This document shows positions 40,420 through 49,830 of a stretch of 64,000 nt of DNA, piece by piece. The position numbers were made by a program, and so were the translations under genes. The DNA is taken from NCBI GenBank assembly GCA_965223005.1, contig CBDCVK010000003.1, forward strand, positions 72,465-136,464, read 5' to 3'. Under the pieces are notes generated by a model. That model was not told where the DNA came from. It saw only the letters and a program-made list of their open reading frames with translations, and searched no databases. Each line of letters begins with the position of its first letter. The first letter of the stretch is position 1. The stretch comes from Terriglobia bacterium. GTDB lineage: Bacteria; Acidobacteriota; Terriglobia; JAJPHL01; JAPKYU01.

Positions 40420-40914
40420 TTAGTACGTCCTCGAACCTTGCTGGGCTGGGGCCTCCGGCACAACGCCGGTCTCACCCGGTTCTTGCGCCTCATGCGTTGC
40501 ACTCGGCTTCTGGGCTTCATACTTGGAGGCGCACTTGGCCTGAATCCGCTTGGCTACGAAAACCCCGTCGGGCCCGTAGGAGCCGTCGGCCAGCGCCTGC
40601 GCGCGGTCGCGGAAGGTGTCCGGCAGTGGCTCGGTCCCTACATACAGTACTGGAAGCGTTTCGCTCTCTTGCTCCAGGGTGAACGAGACGCGGTCGTGGT
40701 CCCGGTGAATGGAACCGACCGTGACATCGCCGCCTACCCGCAGCCGCTTGCCGTAGGCCTCATCGCCCATGGCCTGCAGCTCCGGGACGGTGACATAGTA
40801 GGTCTTGCTTTCCTGGATGCCGCTGACTACCAGCCAGGTAATCGTGGCCAGAATCAACAGGATTCCTGCGCCAATTTTCCAACGCTCTTTGCGCATTCGA
40901 CCCGACACAGGCAC
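40420..40914 (-). CDS. ccmE: Heme chaperone CcmE, CxxxY variant
   Basis: RLRVGG, LPDTF and AKCASKY motifs. Confidence 0.92.
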   Translation of the reverse strand: MPVSGRMRKERWKIGAGILLILATITWLVVSGIQESKTYYVTVPELQAMGDEAYGKRLRVGGDVTVGSIHRDHDRVSFTLEQESETLPVLYVGTEPLPDTFRDRAQALADGSYGPDGVFVAKRIQAKCASKYEAQKPSATHEAQEPGETGVVPEAPAQQGSRTY

Positions 40915-41181
40915 ACCCTCCTTCTGCGGGACCGTCGCGGACCCCGATGTCTATTATATCGCCGTTTGCAAGCGGTTCCCGCCCCAAACGGTGGCATACC
41001 GTCCCATCCCAGCAGGCCGCTGAAAATCCTTTTCCGTACGTTTCCGGTGGGTCGCATGGCCAGAAACGGCCGCGCTCCCCCAGCGACCGACGCCCAACGA
41101 CCCATCCCCCACGACCGGCGGGCGGGCGGCACGTGCCGCGCTGTAGTTCCCTGCGGGTTGTTGAGGCGTCGCAGAAAAGGC

Positions 41182-41221
41182 TTGACAGAGGGGTCCAATA
41201 TATTCAAAGATATGAATATAT
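41182..41221 (+). promoter_or_regulatory. arsR promoter with ArsR/SmtB-type palindromic operator
   Basis: TTGACA at 41182-41187; inverted repeat ATATATTCA-aagata-TGAATATAT at 41198-41221, overlapping the start codon. Confidence 0.8.
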
Positions 41222-41672
41222 GAATGTGAATTTGGCCCATCCTCAGGAACTCTTCGCCGCACTCGGCGATCCGCTCCGCCTGCGCCTGGCCTGTTGCCTG
41301 ACCGCGGTGGAAGGGGGGCTGTGCGTCTGCGAGCTGGTGGACGCGCTCCAGGTTTCGCAACCCAACGTCAGTCGCCACCTGAAGCTGATGAAAGCCGCCG
41401 ACTTGGTCGAAGAGCGACGCGAGGGGCGCTGGGTGTACGTGCGACTGAAGGATGCCAAGCATCCCCTCTTTGAGCAGATCCGTTGTTGCCTGGAGACGGT
41501 GTGCTGCTGCTATGACGTCCAGACCGATCTGAAGCGGCTGGCGGCGCGGCTGAAGCTGCGTCAGAGTGGCAAATGCGTGGTGGGAGTTCAACCTAGAAAA
41601 CGGCGTGCGAACACGCCGGGAAAGGAGGCCGACCATGTGCCAGTGTCCATGCTCCGTACCGTGTCCGTGTGA
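41220..41672 (+). CDS. ArsR/SmtB family metalloregulator, Cys-rich (10 Cys)
   Basis: FAALGDPLRL, LCVCEL (alpha3 site), SQPNVSRHLKLM and REGRWVY motifs, plus extra CC and CCC. Confidence 0.93.
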   Translation: MNVNLAHPQELFAALGDPLRLRLACCLTAVEGGLCVCELVDALQVSQPNVSRHLKLMKAADLVEERREGRWVYVRLKDAKHPLFEQIRCCLETVCCCYDVQTDLKRLAARLKLRQSGKCVVGVQPRKRRANTPGKEADHVPVSMLRTVSV

Positions 41673-41685
41673 CGATTGCTGCTAG
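41635..41685 (+). CDS. Putative 16-aa Cys-rich metallothionein-like micropeptide MCQCPCSVPCPCDDCC
   Basis: AAGGAGG 6 nt upstream of ATG at 41635; 7 of 16 residues are Cys; TAG at 41683-41685; overlaps the arsR 3' end in another frame. Confidence 0.65.
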   Translation: MCQCPCSVPCPCDDCC

Positions 41686-41864
41686 CGAGTCGTGATCTCG
41701 TTCGGGCAAAACCGGCGCTGTCAGTGGAGCGGCCGATCCACTACAGCCCGGTACAACAAGTTTGCGAGTAGAGGCCAGCATTGCGCACCCGCCCTCCGAG
41801 GGCAGGACCGCCCAAGGCTGCAGCTTCTGCCACGCGCCCAAGGCCAGGAAAGGAGCGCACAAGG

Positions 41865-42338
41865 ATGTGGAAAGGCACAGTCGTTTCTCTGCACATCACC
41901 CCTGGGGCCAGTGCGCCTATGAGATCGGTTCCCCAGGCGCGTGCCGTGCCCGGTCGTGGGCTGGAGGGCGATCGCTATTTTCACCAAGTGGGGACCTACT
42001 CCGACAAGCCTCGTCCAGATAGCGAGGTGACGCTAATCGAGATCGAAGCCATGGAGGCTTTGAAACACGAATCAGGAGTGGAGCTGGATGCGGGCCAGGC
42101 CCGCCGCAACATCGTCACCCGCCACGTCCCTCTGAATCACCTGGCGGGCCAGGAGTTTCAGGTCGGCGAAGTAACGCTGCGCGGCATTCGGCTGTGCGAA
42201 CCCTGTTCCCATGTAGAAAAGCTCACCCGGCCCGGGGTCCTGCGGGGCCTGATCCACCGGGGCGGCTTGCGGGCGCAGATTCTCACCCAGGGTGAAATTC
42301 GGGTCGGCGACGCTGTGCAGGAGCGGTCCGCCGTGTAG
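41865..42338 (+). CDS. MOSC domain protein (YiiM-like)
   Basis: GLEGDRY, RRNIVT, CEPC and RGGLRA motifs; AAGGAG SD. Confidence 0.88.
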   Translation: MWKGTVVSLHITPGASAPMRSVPQARAVPGRGLEGDRYFHQVGTYSDKPRPDSEVTLIEIEAMEALKHESGVELDAGQARRNIVTRHVPLNHLAGQEFQVGEVTLRGIRLCEPCSHVEKLTRPGVLRGLIHRGGLRAQILTQGEIRVGDAVQERSAV

Positions 42339-42371
42339 AGCGGCTCCGGCCGCTCGGACCGGTTTTGCACA

Positions 42372-42401
42372 TTGACAATCGCACCATCCACCGCATAGAT
42401 T
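42372..42401 (+). promoter_or_regulatory. Sigma70-like promoter of frdA
   Basis: TTGACA-N18-TAGATT, ending 18 nt before the frdA ATG. Confidence 0.6.
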
Positions 42402-42419
42402 CTCGAACGTTCAACCGGT

Positions 42420-44159
42420 ATGGAAAGTTCATCTCACGACGTTCTGATTGTTGGGGGTGGAGGCGCGGGCCTGCGCGCGGCCATTGCCGTGGCGGAAGTC
42501 AATCCCCGACTCAGCATCGCGGTCGTCTCCAAGGTTTACCCCATGCGGAGCCACACCGTCTCCGCCGAGGGGGGCGCCGCAGCCGTCGTCAAGCCCAACG
42601 ACAGCCTGGACGAGCACGCCTACGACACCATCTCCGGGGGCGACTGGCTGTGCGACCAGGATGCCGTGGAGGCCTTCATCAAGGAAGCTCCCGAAGAGCT
42701 GCTTCGGATGGAGCACTGGGGCTGTCCCTGGAGCCGGGACCCGGACGGGCATATTGCCGTGCGGGCGTTTGGCGGAATGAAAAAGATGCGCACCTGGTTT
42801 GCCGCCGACAAGACCGGCTTCCACATGTTGCACACTCTGTTTCAGACCTGCCTGAAATACAGCACCCTGATCCGCTACGACGAGTGGTTTGCCACCAAGC
42901 TGCTGGTCGACGACGGCCGAGTGCAGGGGGTGGTCGCACTGGAGCTGATGACGGGACAGGTGCAGGCCATCACCGCCAAGGCCGTGATCCTGTGCACGGG
43001 AGGTTGTGGCCGGGTCTATCCGTTCACCACCAATGGCAGCATTAAGAACGGCGACGGCATGGCGCTAGCCTACCGGGCAGGCGCTCCGCTGAAGGACATG
43101 GAATTCGTTCAGTACCATCCGACCGGCTTGCCCTTCACGGGCATCCTGATTACCGAAGCCTCCCGCGCCGAGGGCGGCTACATGCTGAACAAGGATGGTT
43201 ATCGCTACCTGCAGGACTACAACCTGGGAACGCCGCAGCCCAAGCCGGTGCTGCGCTCCATGGAACTGGGACCCCGCGACCGGCTGTCGCAGGCCTTCGT
43301 CAAAGAGCACCAGAAAGGCCGCACCATTGACACTCCCTACGGCCCGGTGGTCCACCTGGACCTGCGGCATCTTGGGGAAAAGCTCATCAACGCCAAGCTG
43401 CCGTTTGTGCGCGAGCTGTGCCAGAAATATCAGAACATTGACCCGGTCCGGGAGCTGATCCCGGTGCGCCCCGTGGTGCACTACATGATGGGCGGGGTGC
43501 ACACCGACATGAACGGCGCGACGCCGCTGGCGGGACTGTATGCCGCTGGCGAGGTCGCCTGTGTCAGCATCAACGGGGCCAACCGCCTGGGTTCCAATTC
43601 CCTGCCGGAACTGCTGGTCTTCGGGGCACGAGCAGGACAGGCGGCGGCTGTGTTCGCCTCCGAGCAGAGCGGGCCCGGCGCGCACGTTCTGGCACAGGCG
43701 GCTGAGGAGCAGCGCCGACTGGAAGAGCAGTTTCTGCGCAAGACGGGAGGCCGGGAGCGCATCGCCACCATCCGGGAGGAGATGCAACAGACCACGGAGA
43801 GCAGCGCTGGCATCTATCGGACGGGGACGGAGCTGAGCGCGGCAGCGCAAACTCTGCGGACGTTGCAGGAGCGGTTTCTGGATATCCGCCTCGACGACCG
43901 CAGTCGCACGTTCAACACCGAACTGACGACTGCGCTCGAGCTTGGCTTCATGCTGGACGTCGCCGAAGCGATCGTCGAGAGCGCCCTGGACCGGAAGGAA
44001 TCCCGCGGAGCGCATCAGCGAACCGACTTCCCGGCCCGGGATAACGAGAAGTACCTGGTGCACTCGCTGGTGTTTCGCAATGCGGACGGTTCAGCGCGCG
44101 TGGAGCATCTGCCGGTCACCATCACCCGCTGGGCGCCCGGCGAGCGCGTCTACGGATAG
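42420..44159 (+). CDS. frdA: Fumarate reductase/succinate dehydrogenase flavoprotein
   Basis: [31 protein letters not shown] and [10 protein letters not shown] motifs; E. coli FrdA-like. Confidence 0.93.
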   Translation: MESSSHDVLIVGGGGAGLRAAIAVAEVNPRLSIAVVSKVYPMRSHTVSAEGGAAAVVKPNDSLDEHAYDTISGGDWLCDQDAVEAFIKEAPEELLRMEHWGCPWSRDPDGHIAVRAFGGMKKMRTWFAADKTGFHMLHTLFQTCLKYSTLIRYDEWFATKLLVDDGRVQGVVALELMTGQVQAITAKAVILCTGGCGRVYPFTTNGSIKNGDGMALAYRAGAPLKDMEFVQYHPTGLPFTGILITEASRAEGGYMLNKDGYRYLQDYNLGTPQPKPVLRSMELGPRDRLSQAFVKEHQKGRTIDTPYGPVVHLDLRHLGEKLINAKLPFVRELCQKYQNIDPVRELIPVRPVVHYMMGGVHTDMNGATPLAGLYAAGEVACVSINGANRLGSNSLPELLVFGARAGQAAAVFASEQSGPGAHVLAQAAEEQRRLEEQFLRKTGGRERIATIREEMQQTTESSAGIYRTGTELSAAAQTLRTLQERFLDIRLDDRSRTFNTELTTALELGFMLDVAEAIVESALDRKESRGAHQRTDFPARDNEKYLVHSLVFRNADGSARVEHLPVTITRWAPGERVYG

Positions 44160-44258
44160 ACGAGGTCTCGATTGACCCAATGGGGGGAGGCCGGTCGGGG
44201 CGGACAATGGGAATGACCGGAGTCACCTTGACATCTGAGGTTTGACATCTGCGGCACC

Positions 44259-46007
44259 ATGACACGGAGGAGACTCAGGCGGCTTTTGGTCTGCGGATTG
44301 ACGGTCGCTCTCGGCCTGCTTAGCCTGCTTCATCTGGGCTGCGACGCCAGGAAACCCGCGGAGCGCAGCCGTGCCTCACCGGTGGCGCCGGAAATCAGAC
44401 CTGCCCTGGGAACGATCACCAGCGGCGATCTGCTCCGGCACATCCGTGTGATGGCTTCGGACGAATACGAAGGGCGCGCGCCTGGCAGCAAAGGGGAAGA
44501 GCTGACGGTGAACTATCTCTCCCACCAGTTCCGCCAGCTCGGCCTCCAACCGGGCAACCCCGATGGCACCTTCGAGCAGCGGGTGCCGCTGGCCGGCCTC
44601 ACTTGCAGATCCACGGCATCGTTGACCGTCGGCGGTAGGAAGCTGAATCTGCGCTTTCCGGATGATTATGTCGCGGTCACCCGCCGGTTCGTGCCGCAGG
44701 TGAAGGTTGAGGACTCCGAGATCGTCTTTGTCGGCTATGGAGTGGTGGCGCCGGAGTATGATTGGGACGACTACAAAGGCGTGGACGTCAAGGGTAAAAC
44801 ACTTCTGATACTGATCAACGATCCCGCGGTTCCGGACCCGCGCGACCCTGGCCGGCTCGACGACAACATCTTCAAAGGCCGGGCGATGACCTACTATGGG
44901 CGCTGGACCTATAAGTACGAGATTGCCTCTAAGAAAGGCGCGGCCGCCGCCATCATCATCCACGAGACCGGTCCGGCCGGCTATCCCTACGAGGTGGTCT
45001 CCAGCAGCTGGGGGGGCGAAAACTTCGATATCAAAACTCCGGGCAAGAACTTGGACTGGGTCGCCGTAGAGGCCTGGATCCACCTGCGCCAGGCCAAGCG
45101 ACTGCTTGCCGCCAGCGGTCAGGACTTTGATGCACTAAAGAAGGCCGCGGTGCGCCGGGACTTTCAGCCAGTGCCGCTCAAGGCCCGCGCCAGCTTTCAC
45201 GTCCGGAACCGGCTTCGCGAGATTGAGTCTCGAAACGTCATCGCCAAGCTGGAAGGATCCGACCCGCAACTCAAGGACGAGTACGTGATCTACACCGCGC
45301 ACTGGGACCATCTGGGGCGGGATGAGAAACGGCAAGGCGACCAGATTTTCAACGGCGCGCTGGATAACGCCTCCGGTACTGCAGGGCTGCTCGAGATCGC
45401 TGAGGCGTTCACGAAGCTGGAGACACCGCCGAAGCGCTCCATCTTGTTTCTTGCGGTGACTGCGGAAGAGCAGGGCCTGTTGGGCACCAAGTTCTACGCG
45501 CATAACCCGCTCTACCCGCTCCATCGGACACTTGCCAACATCAATATGGACGGCGTGAACCAGTGGGGACGAACCCGGGACATCGTCAGCATCGGCTATG
45601 GCAACACCACACTGGACGACCTGCTGCGAGATGCCGCCGCGACGCAGGGGCGCTCGGTCAAGCCAGACGCGGAGCCGGAGAAGGGGTACTTCTATCGCTC
45701 GGATCACTTCGAGTTCGCCAAGCAGGGCGTGCCGGCCCTGAGTCCGGACTCTGGCACCGAATTCATCGGCAAGCCGGAGGGGTACGGAGCACAAAAACGG
45801 AAGGAATACACCAAGCGCGACTATCACAAGGTTTCTGATGAAGTGAAGCCGGATTGGGACCTGTCAGGCGCCGTCGAAGACCTCCAACTCTTTTTCCAAG
45901 TCGGCTACAGCCTGGCACAGGAAAACAAGTACCCGGAATGGAAGCCAGGAACGGAGTTCAAAGCCCGGCGCGAGCAGATGCTCCGGCAGGCCCCAGATGA
46001 AAATTAA
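44259..46007 (+). CDS. M28 family metallopeptidase with PA domain, probable lipoprotein
   Basis: HLGC lipobox-like motif; [28 protein letters not shown] and YHK motifs. Confidence 0.9.
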   Translation: MTRRRLRRLLVCGLTVALGLLSLLHLGCDARKPAERSRASPVAPEIRPALGTITSGDLLRHIRVMASDEYEGRAPGSKGEELTVNYLSHQFRQLGLQPGNPDGTFEQRVPLAGLTCRSTASLTVGGRKLNLRFPDDYVAVTRRFVPQVKVEDSEIVFVGYGVVAPEYDWDDYKGVDVKGKTLLILINDPAVPDPRDPGRLDDNIFKGRAMTYYGRWTYKYEIASKKGAAAAIIIHETGPAGYPYEVVSSSWGGENFDIKTPGKNLDWVAVEAWIHLRQAKRLLAASGQDFDALKKAAVRRDFQPVPLKARASFHVRNRLREIESRNVIAKLEGSDPQLKDEYVIYTAHWDHLGRDEKRQGDQIFNGALDNASGTAGLLEIAEAFTKLETPPKRSILFLAVTAEEQGLLGTKFYAHNPLYPLHRTLANINMDGVNQWGRTRDIVSIGYGNTTLDDLLRDAAATQGRSVKPDAEPEKGYFYRSDHFEFAKQGVPALSPDSGTEFIGKPEGYGAQKRKEYTKRDYHKVSDEVKPDWDLSGAVEDLQLFFQVGYSLAQENKYPEWKPGTEFKARREQMLRQAPDEN

Positions 46008-46010
46008 CGG

Positions 46011-46060
46011 TAAAAACGAACGCTAAGAACGAACGCTAAAACCAACGCTAAAACCAACGC
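46011..46060. repeat. Four tandem copies of a 12-13 bp unit
   Basis: taaaaacgaacgc / taagaacgaacgc / taaaaccaacgc / taaaaccaacgc. Confidence 0.85.
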
Positions 46061-46077
46061 CAGGAAGGCGAATAACC

Positions 46078-46872
46078 ATGGCGGAGATGATTAACCTGGA
46101 GGTGACCCGGTATTCTCCCGAACGGGATCGGGAACCTTCTTTTCAAAGCTACACAGTGCCCCTGAACGAGGATTGGGTGGTCCTAGATGCCCTGAACTAC
46201 ATCAAGGACCGTCTGGACGGCTCACTCACCTTCCGCTGGTCCTGCCACATGGGGATTTGCGGCAGTTGCGGGATGATGGTGAACGGAGAGCCGAAGCTGT
46301 CTTGCGCTACCTTCCTGACGCAGTACACGCCCGGGCCGATACGGGTGGAGCCGCTTCGCTATTTTCCGGTTGCGCGGGATTTGGTCAGTGAAATGTCGGA
46401 GTTCATGACCAAGCTGAAGAAGGTCAAACCATGGATCGTCCGCGAACAGGAGAAGCCCCTTTCGGAAGGAGAATACCTGCAGACCCCGGCCGAGCTGGAA
46501 ACCTACAAGCAGTTCAGCATGTGCATCAATTGCATGCTCTGCTACGCCGCCTGCCCGGTCTACGGGCTGGACCCCATCTTTGTTGGGCCGGCGGCTCTTG
46601 CTCTGGCGCAGCGCTATAACCTGGACAACCGGGACCAGGGCACAGCCGAGCGCCTCCAGATTCTTTCCGACCATGATGGCATCTGGGCCTGCACGTTTGT
46701 TGGCGAGTGCACCAAGGTGTGTCCGAAGAATGTGGACCCGGCCGGAGCGATTCAGCAATACAAATTGGCGGTAGCCAAGGACTGGTTTGCGTCCTTTCTG
46801 ATGCCTCGGGGCGCGAAAACCGGGGCCGCGGGAGCAGGGGACACAGGAACCAGGGACACACGAGAACGATGA
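46078..46872 (+). CDS. frdB: Fumarate reductase iron-sulfur subunit
   Basis: [21 protein letters not shown] and [12 protein letters not shown] motifs. Confidence 0.93.
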   Translation: MAEMINLEVTRYSPERDREPSFQSYTVPLNEDWVVLDALNYIKDRLDGSLTFRWSCHMGICGSCGMMVNGEPKLSCATFLTQYTPGPIRVEPLRYFPVARDLVSEMSEFMTKLKKVKPWIVREQEKPLSEGEYLQTPAELETYKQFSMCINCMLCYAACPVYGLDPIFVGPAALALAQRYNLDNRDQGTAERLQILSDHDGIWACTFVGECTKVCPKNVDPAGAIQQYKLAVAKDWFASFLMPRGAKTGAAGAGDTGTRDTRER

Positions 46873-47330
46873 GCGAAGCCCACCAACCCGTAGCCTCAGG
46901 CAAGCAACACGGTGAAGCTCCTGGTGTTCCGTACTCGGAATACCAGCCCCGCTGGTATCGAAAGCGCCTCTCCACGTTTTGGTGGCTAGGGCAATGGTCT
47001 TTCTTAACATTCATGCTCCGCGAAATCAGCAGCGTCTTTGTTGCGTTTTTCGTCGTCATGACCCTGCTACAAATCCGTGCCTTGAGCCAGGGGCGGGAAG
47101 CTTACGCAAACTTCCAGGTCTGCTTGCAGTCGCCCGTGCTGCTGGCACTACATGTGCTCAGCTTCTTCTTCGTGCTGTTTCACACCATTACCTGGTTCAA
47201 CCTGACGCCCCGGGCGATGGTGGTGCGCGTTCGCGGCAAGCGGATTCCCGATTTCCTGGTAACCGCACCGAACTACGTGGCCTGGCTGCTCGTCTCAGGC
47301 ATTCTGGCCTGGTTGCTTCTGCGAGGGTAA
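46869..47330 (+). CDS. frdC: Fumarate reductase membrane anchor C
   Basis: WW...FMLREISS and [10 protein letters not shown] motifs (E. coli FrdC-like); ATGA overlap with frdB. Confidence 0.85.
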   Translation: MSEAHQPVASGKQHGEAPGVPYSEYQPRWYRKRLSTFWWLGQWSFLTFMLREISSVFVAFFVVMTLLQIRALSQGREAYANFQVCLQSPVLLALHVLSFFFVLFHTITWFNLTPRAMVVRVRGKRIPDFLVTAPNYVAWLLVSGILAWLLLRG

Positions 47331-47684
47331 ATGCCGAAAAGACCGCTGGAACCGTTTCTCTGGACCCTGTTCAGCGCTGGTGGCGTGGTAGCTGCATTTT
47401 TGATTCCGGTCCACCTGCTCCTCTCTGGCATTGCGTTTCCGCTGGGTTGGCTGGAGACACCGAGCTACGAAAGAGCGCTGGCTTTGGCCGGACATCCCTT
47501 GGGGCGAATCTATTTATTCGTTCTCTGCTCGTTGCCGCTTTTCCACTGGGCACATCGGTTCCGCTACACCCTCTACGACGGATTGCAGATCAAACACCTG
47601 AGCGGAATGATCAACCCCCTCTCCTATGGCGCCGCAATTATTGGAACAGTTCTTGCGGGCTATTTCCTGTGGAGTATTCCTTAG
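47331..47684 (+). CDS. frdD: Fumarate reductase membrane anchor D
   Basis: EPFLWTLFSAGG and LPLFHWAHR motifs (E. coli FrdD-like). Confidence 0.88.
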   Translation: MPKRPLEPFLWTLFSAGGVVAAFLIPVHLLLSGIAFPLGWLETPSYERALALAGHPLGRIYLFVLCSLPLFHWAHRFRYTLYDGLQIKHLSGMINPLSYGAAIIGTVLAGYFLWSIP

Positions 47685-47755
47685 CCTGTGGGAGTGTTCC
47701 TTAGAAGAAAAGAAAAAACAGACGCAAGAAGTCATAGCGTCTGGCGGTCACCTAG

Positions 47756-48166
47756 TCAGGATCTGTTACCCCTATCCAACGCCGTTTGCGGACGCTTCAG
47801 CAGGTGCAGCAATTCGTCGAGTTCCTGCCGGATTTGCCGCAGCTTTTGTTGATCCGGTTTTGGTCGCGCTAGGTCAGGGCCCGGAAAGGCAATCTTCTGC
47901 TGCTTGGTTTCCGTACGCAGCTTTTTGCGGGCGCCCTCGATGGTAAAGCCTTCCTGGTAGAGGAGCTTTTTGATTTCCAATACCAGTTCCACGTCCTTGC
48001 GCCGGTACATGCGATGTCCGGTGGAACTCTTCACCGGCTTCAGCATCGGGAACTCCTTTTCCCAAAACCGAAGGACGTAGGCGTGCGTGCGGGTCAGCTT
48101 GCAAACTTCTCCAATGCGGAAGTAAAGCTTGTCGGGAATTGCGACCGCGTGCCGTCGCTCCGCCAT
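47756..48166 (-). CDS. MerR-family transcriptional regulator
   Basis: [22 protein letters not shown] and [11 protein letters not shown] motifs. Confidence 0.9.
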   Translation of the reverse strand: MAERRHAVAIPDKLYFRIGEVCKLTRTHAYVLRFWEKEFPMLKPVKSSTGHRMYRRKDVELVLEIKKLLYQEGFTIEGARKKLRTETKQQKIAFPGPDLARPKPDQQKLRQIRQELDELLHLLKRPQTALDRGNRS

Positions 48167-48293
48167 GGGCTGCCGCTATGTTACGTGCCCCACCGGCGGC
48201 GCGTCAATGCGGCGTTCCGCGCCTGGCGCTTGATGTGGGGGGCGTTGGACATCCCGCTTTAAGAGCAGAATCCTGATAGCTGCACGGGGGGCG

Positions 48294-48542
48294 CTACCCT
48301 TCCGCCCGGAAGCGGTCGCGGCATTCGGCAGAGCAGAAGTAGTATTGCTGACCGCGGGCTGGCGCTTTCAGCGCCAACTCCTCGGCTACGTAGATGCCAC
48401 ACTGCGGGTCCTTGTGGACCTGCCCGGTGATCGGCGGGGGCGAACTGGAGGAGGAAGAGGACAGGCGCAGGAAGCCCACCAACTTCCTGTAGAGATAGAA
48501 GAGGAAGAGCAGTACAAGGCCAAAGAAGACAACCCGAAGCAT
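48294..48542 (-). CDS. Small membrane protein with YHS/TRASH domain
   Basis: N-terminal TM helix, KDPQCGIYV and YYFCSAECRDRF. Confidence 0.8.
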   Translation of the reverse strand: MLRVVFFGLVLLFLFYLYRKLVGFLRLSSSSSSSPPPITGQVHKDPQCGIYVAEELALKAPARGQQYYFCSAECRDRFRAEG

Positions 48543-48629
48543 AAAACCAACATGCCAAGCGCCAGACCTTCCCTTTCGGTCCCGGTCGGGCGTCCGGCTG
48601 CCCCTCGAAACGGGGAATCCCGAACCGGC

Positions 48630-49757
48630 CTACCGCCGCCGGCGTCTCTTTTTCTTCTCCTTCTTGAACGAGGTCTCAACCTTGACGTCAAACGATTCAA
48701 TCAGAGACTTGGCGCCTGCGGCGTACGCTCCGTTCGGCTCTAATTCGATATACTTCTGCAGGGCTTCCACCGTGCCGGGGACCGGGGTGATCTTGCCGCT
48801 TTTCTCATCCAGCGTGGCTTCAGCGCTCAACGACACGCCAAGCTGATACCAGGCCATCGAGTATTCGGGGTCGAGCTCGGTGGCCTTGCGGAAGGCCAAG
48901 GTAGCCCCCTTGATCTGGGCATTGTTGGCCAGCACGGCGCCCAGGTTGAAGAAGTAACGGCCGCCATTAGAGGGGTCAAGCTCAGCGGATTTGCTCAGTT
49001 CCGCCTCGGCCCGCTCCAAGTCACCCGAAAAAGCCAGGGCCAATCCAAAGTTGTTGTGATAGCCAGCCTCCTCCGGCTTCAAAGCAACAGCCTTCCCGTA
49101 AGCCTCGACGGACTTTTGAAAAAGGTCCCGGGATTCCGTGCCGCGCCTGGCTTTGCCCGCTTCCAAGTAGGCTTCCCCCAGATGCGCAAGCACGGGGGGT
49201 TGCCGGGGGCCCAACTGTGCCGCTTCTTCCAACTGGGCGATGGCCAAGTCGTAATTTCGGACCTGCAGTGCTGCCACTCCATCGCCGAAGGCCTTATTGA
49301 GCTGCCCCATCTTGCCTCGCTCAACAGTATCCTTGTCGAGTTGCTTCTCGAGATCCTTACGCTGTTTCGCGGTGAGGGGCGTACTTCCGCCCGCCCGGCC
49401 GCCTGCCCGCTTGCGGGACGCCTGCAAATCGAAATTAACCTCCGTCGAGGAGCCCGGCCCTCCCAGCTTTATGCCTGGCCGCGTGCTCCGTTTCCGCCCA
49501 TTGACGAAGAGGGTCACGTTATGGCGGTTAAAGGATACGAGCGCGGCATGGGCAAAACGGCCATTCTTGTTGGTCTTAACCTTGGCAGTCCCTTTCCTGT
49601 CGATGTTCTCGATGACGATCTGGGCGCCGGCGATGGGCTGGCCATCACTCCCCTTCACTACGCCGGTCATCGCGGCGAACTGGGCGTGTGCGGGAACACA
49701 AAAACTGACCGCCCAGGCCAGCACAGCCAATAAAATCAGAAGATCACGCTTCTGCAT
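48630..49757 (-). CDS. Secreted TPR protein with carboxypeptidase-regulatory-like N-domain
   Basis: Signal peptide, GVVKGSDGQPIAGA and several TPR helices. Confidence 0.8.
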   Translation of the reverse strand: MQKRDLLILLAVLAWAVSFCVPAHAQFAAMTGVVKGSDGQPIAGAQIVIENIDRKGTAKVKTNKNGRFAHAALVSFNRHNVTLFVNGRKRSTRPGIKLGGPGSSTEVNFDLQASRKRAGGRAGGSTPLTAKQRKDLEKQLDKDTVERGKMGQLNKAFGDGVAALQVRNYDLAIAQLEEAAQLGPRQPPVLAHLGEAYLEAGKARRGTESRDLFQKSVEAYGKAVALKPEEAGYHNNFGLALAFSGDLERAEAELSKSAELDPSNGGRYFFNLGAVLANNAQIKGATLAFRKATELDPEYSMAWYQLGVSLSAEATLDEKSGKITPVPGTVEALQKYIELEPNGAYAAGAKSLIESFDVKVETSFKKEKKKRRRRR

Positions 49758-49830
49758 AATTCCTCCGTTGCTGCTCCTTCGTTGCTGCTCCCTGCGGCTA
49801 GCGAACCGCCGCGGTACTGCGGCACAGGCT

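Noticed and set aside
40947-41219. 91-aa N-terminal extension of ArsR in the ORF track
   Set aside because: The promoter and operator lie inside it, so the real start is most likely ATG at 41220
41762-42022. ORF with a CxxCH heme-binding motif (GCSFCH) near the ccm operon
   Set aside because: TTG start without SD, no signal peptide, an upstream in-frame stop at 41693 and an out-of-frame overlap with the MOSC gene; probably chance
46011-46060. Possible CRISPR-like array
   Set aside because: The units are 12-13 bp and contiguous, with no spacers and no cas genes
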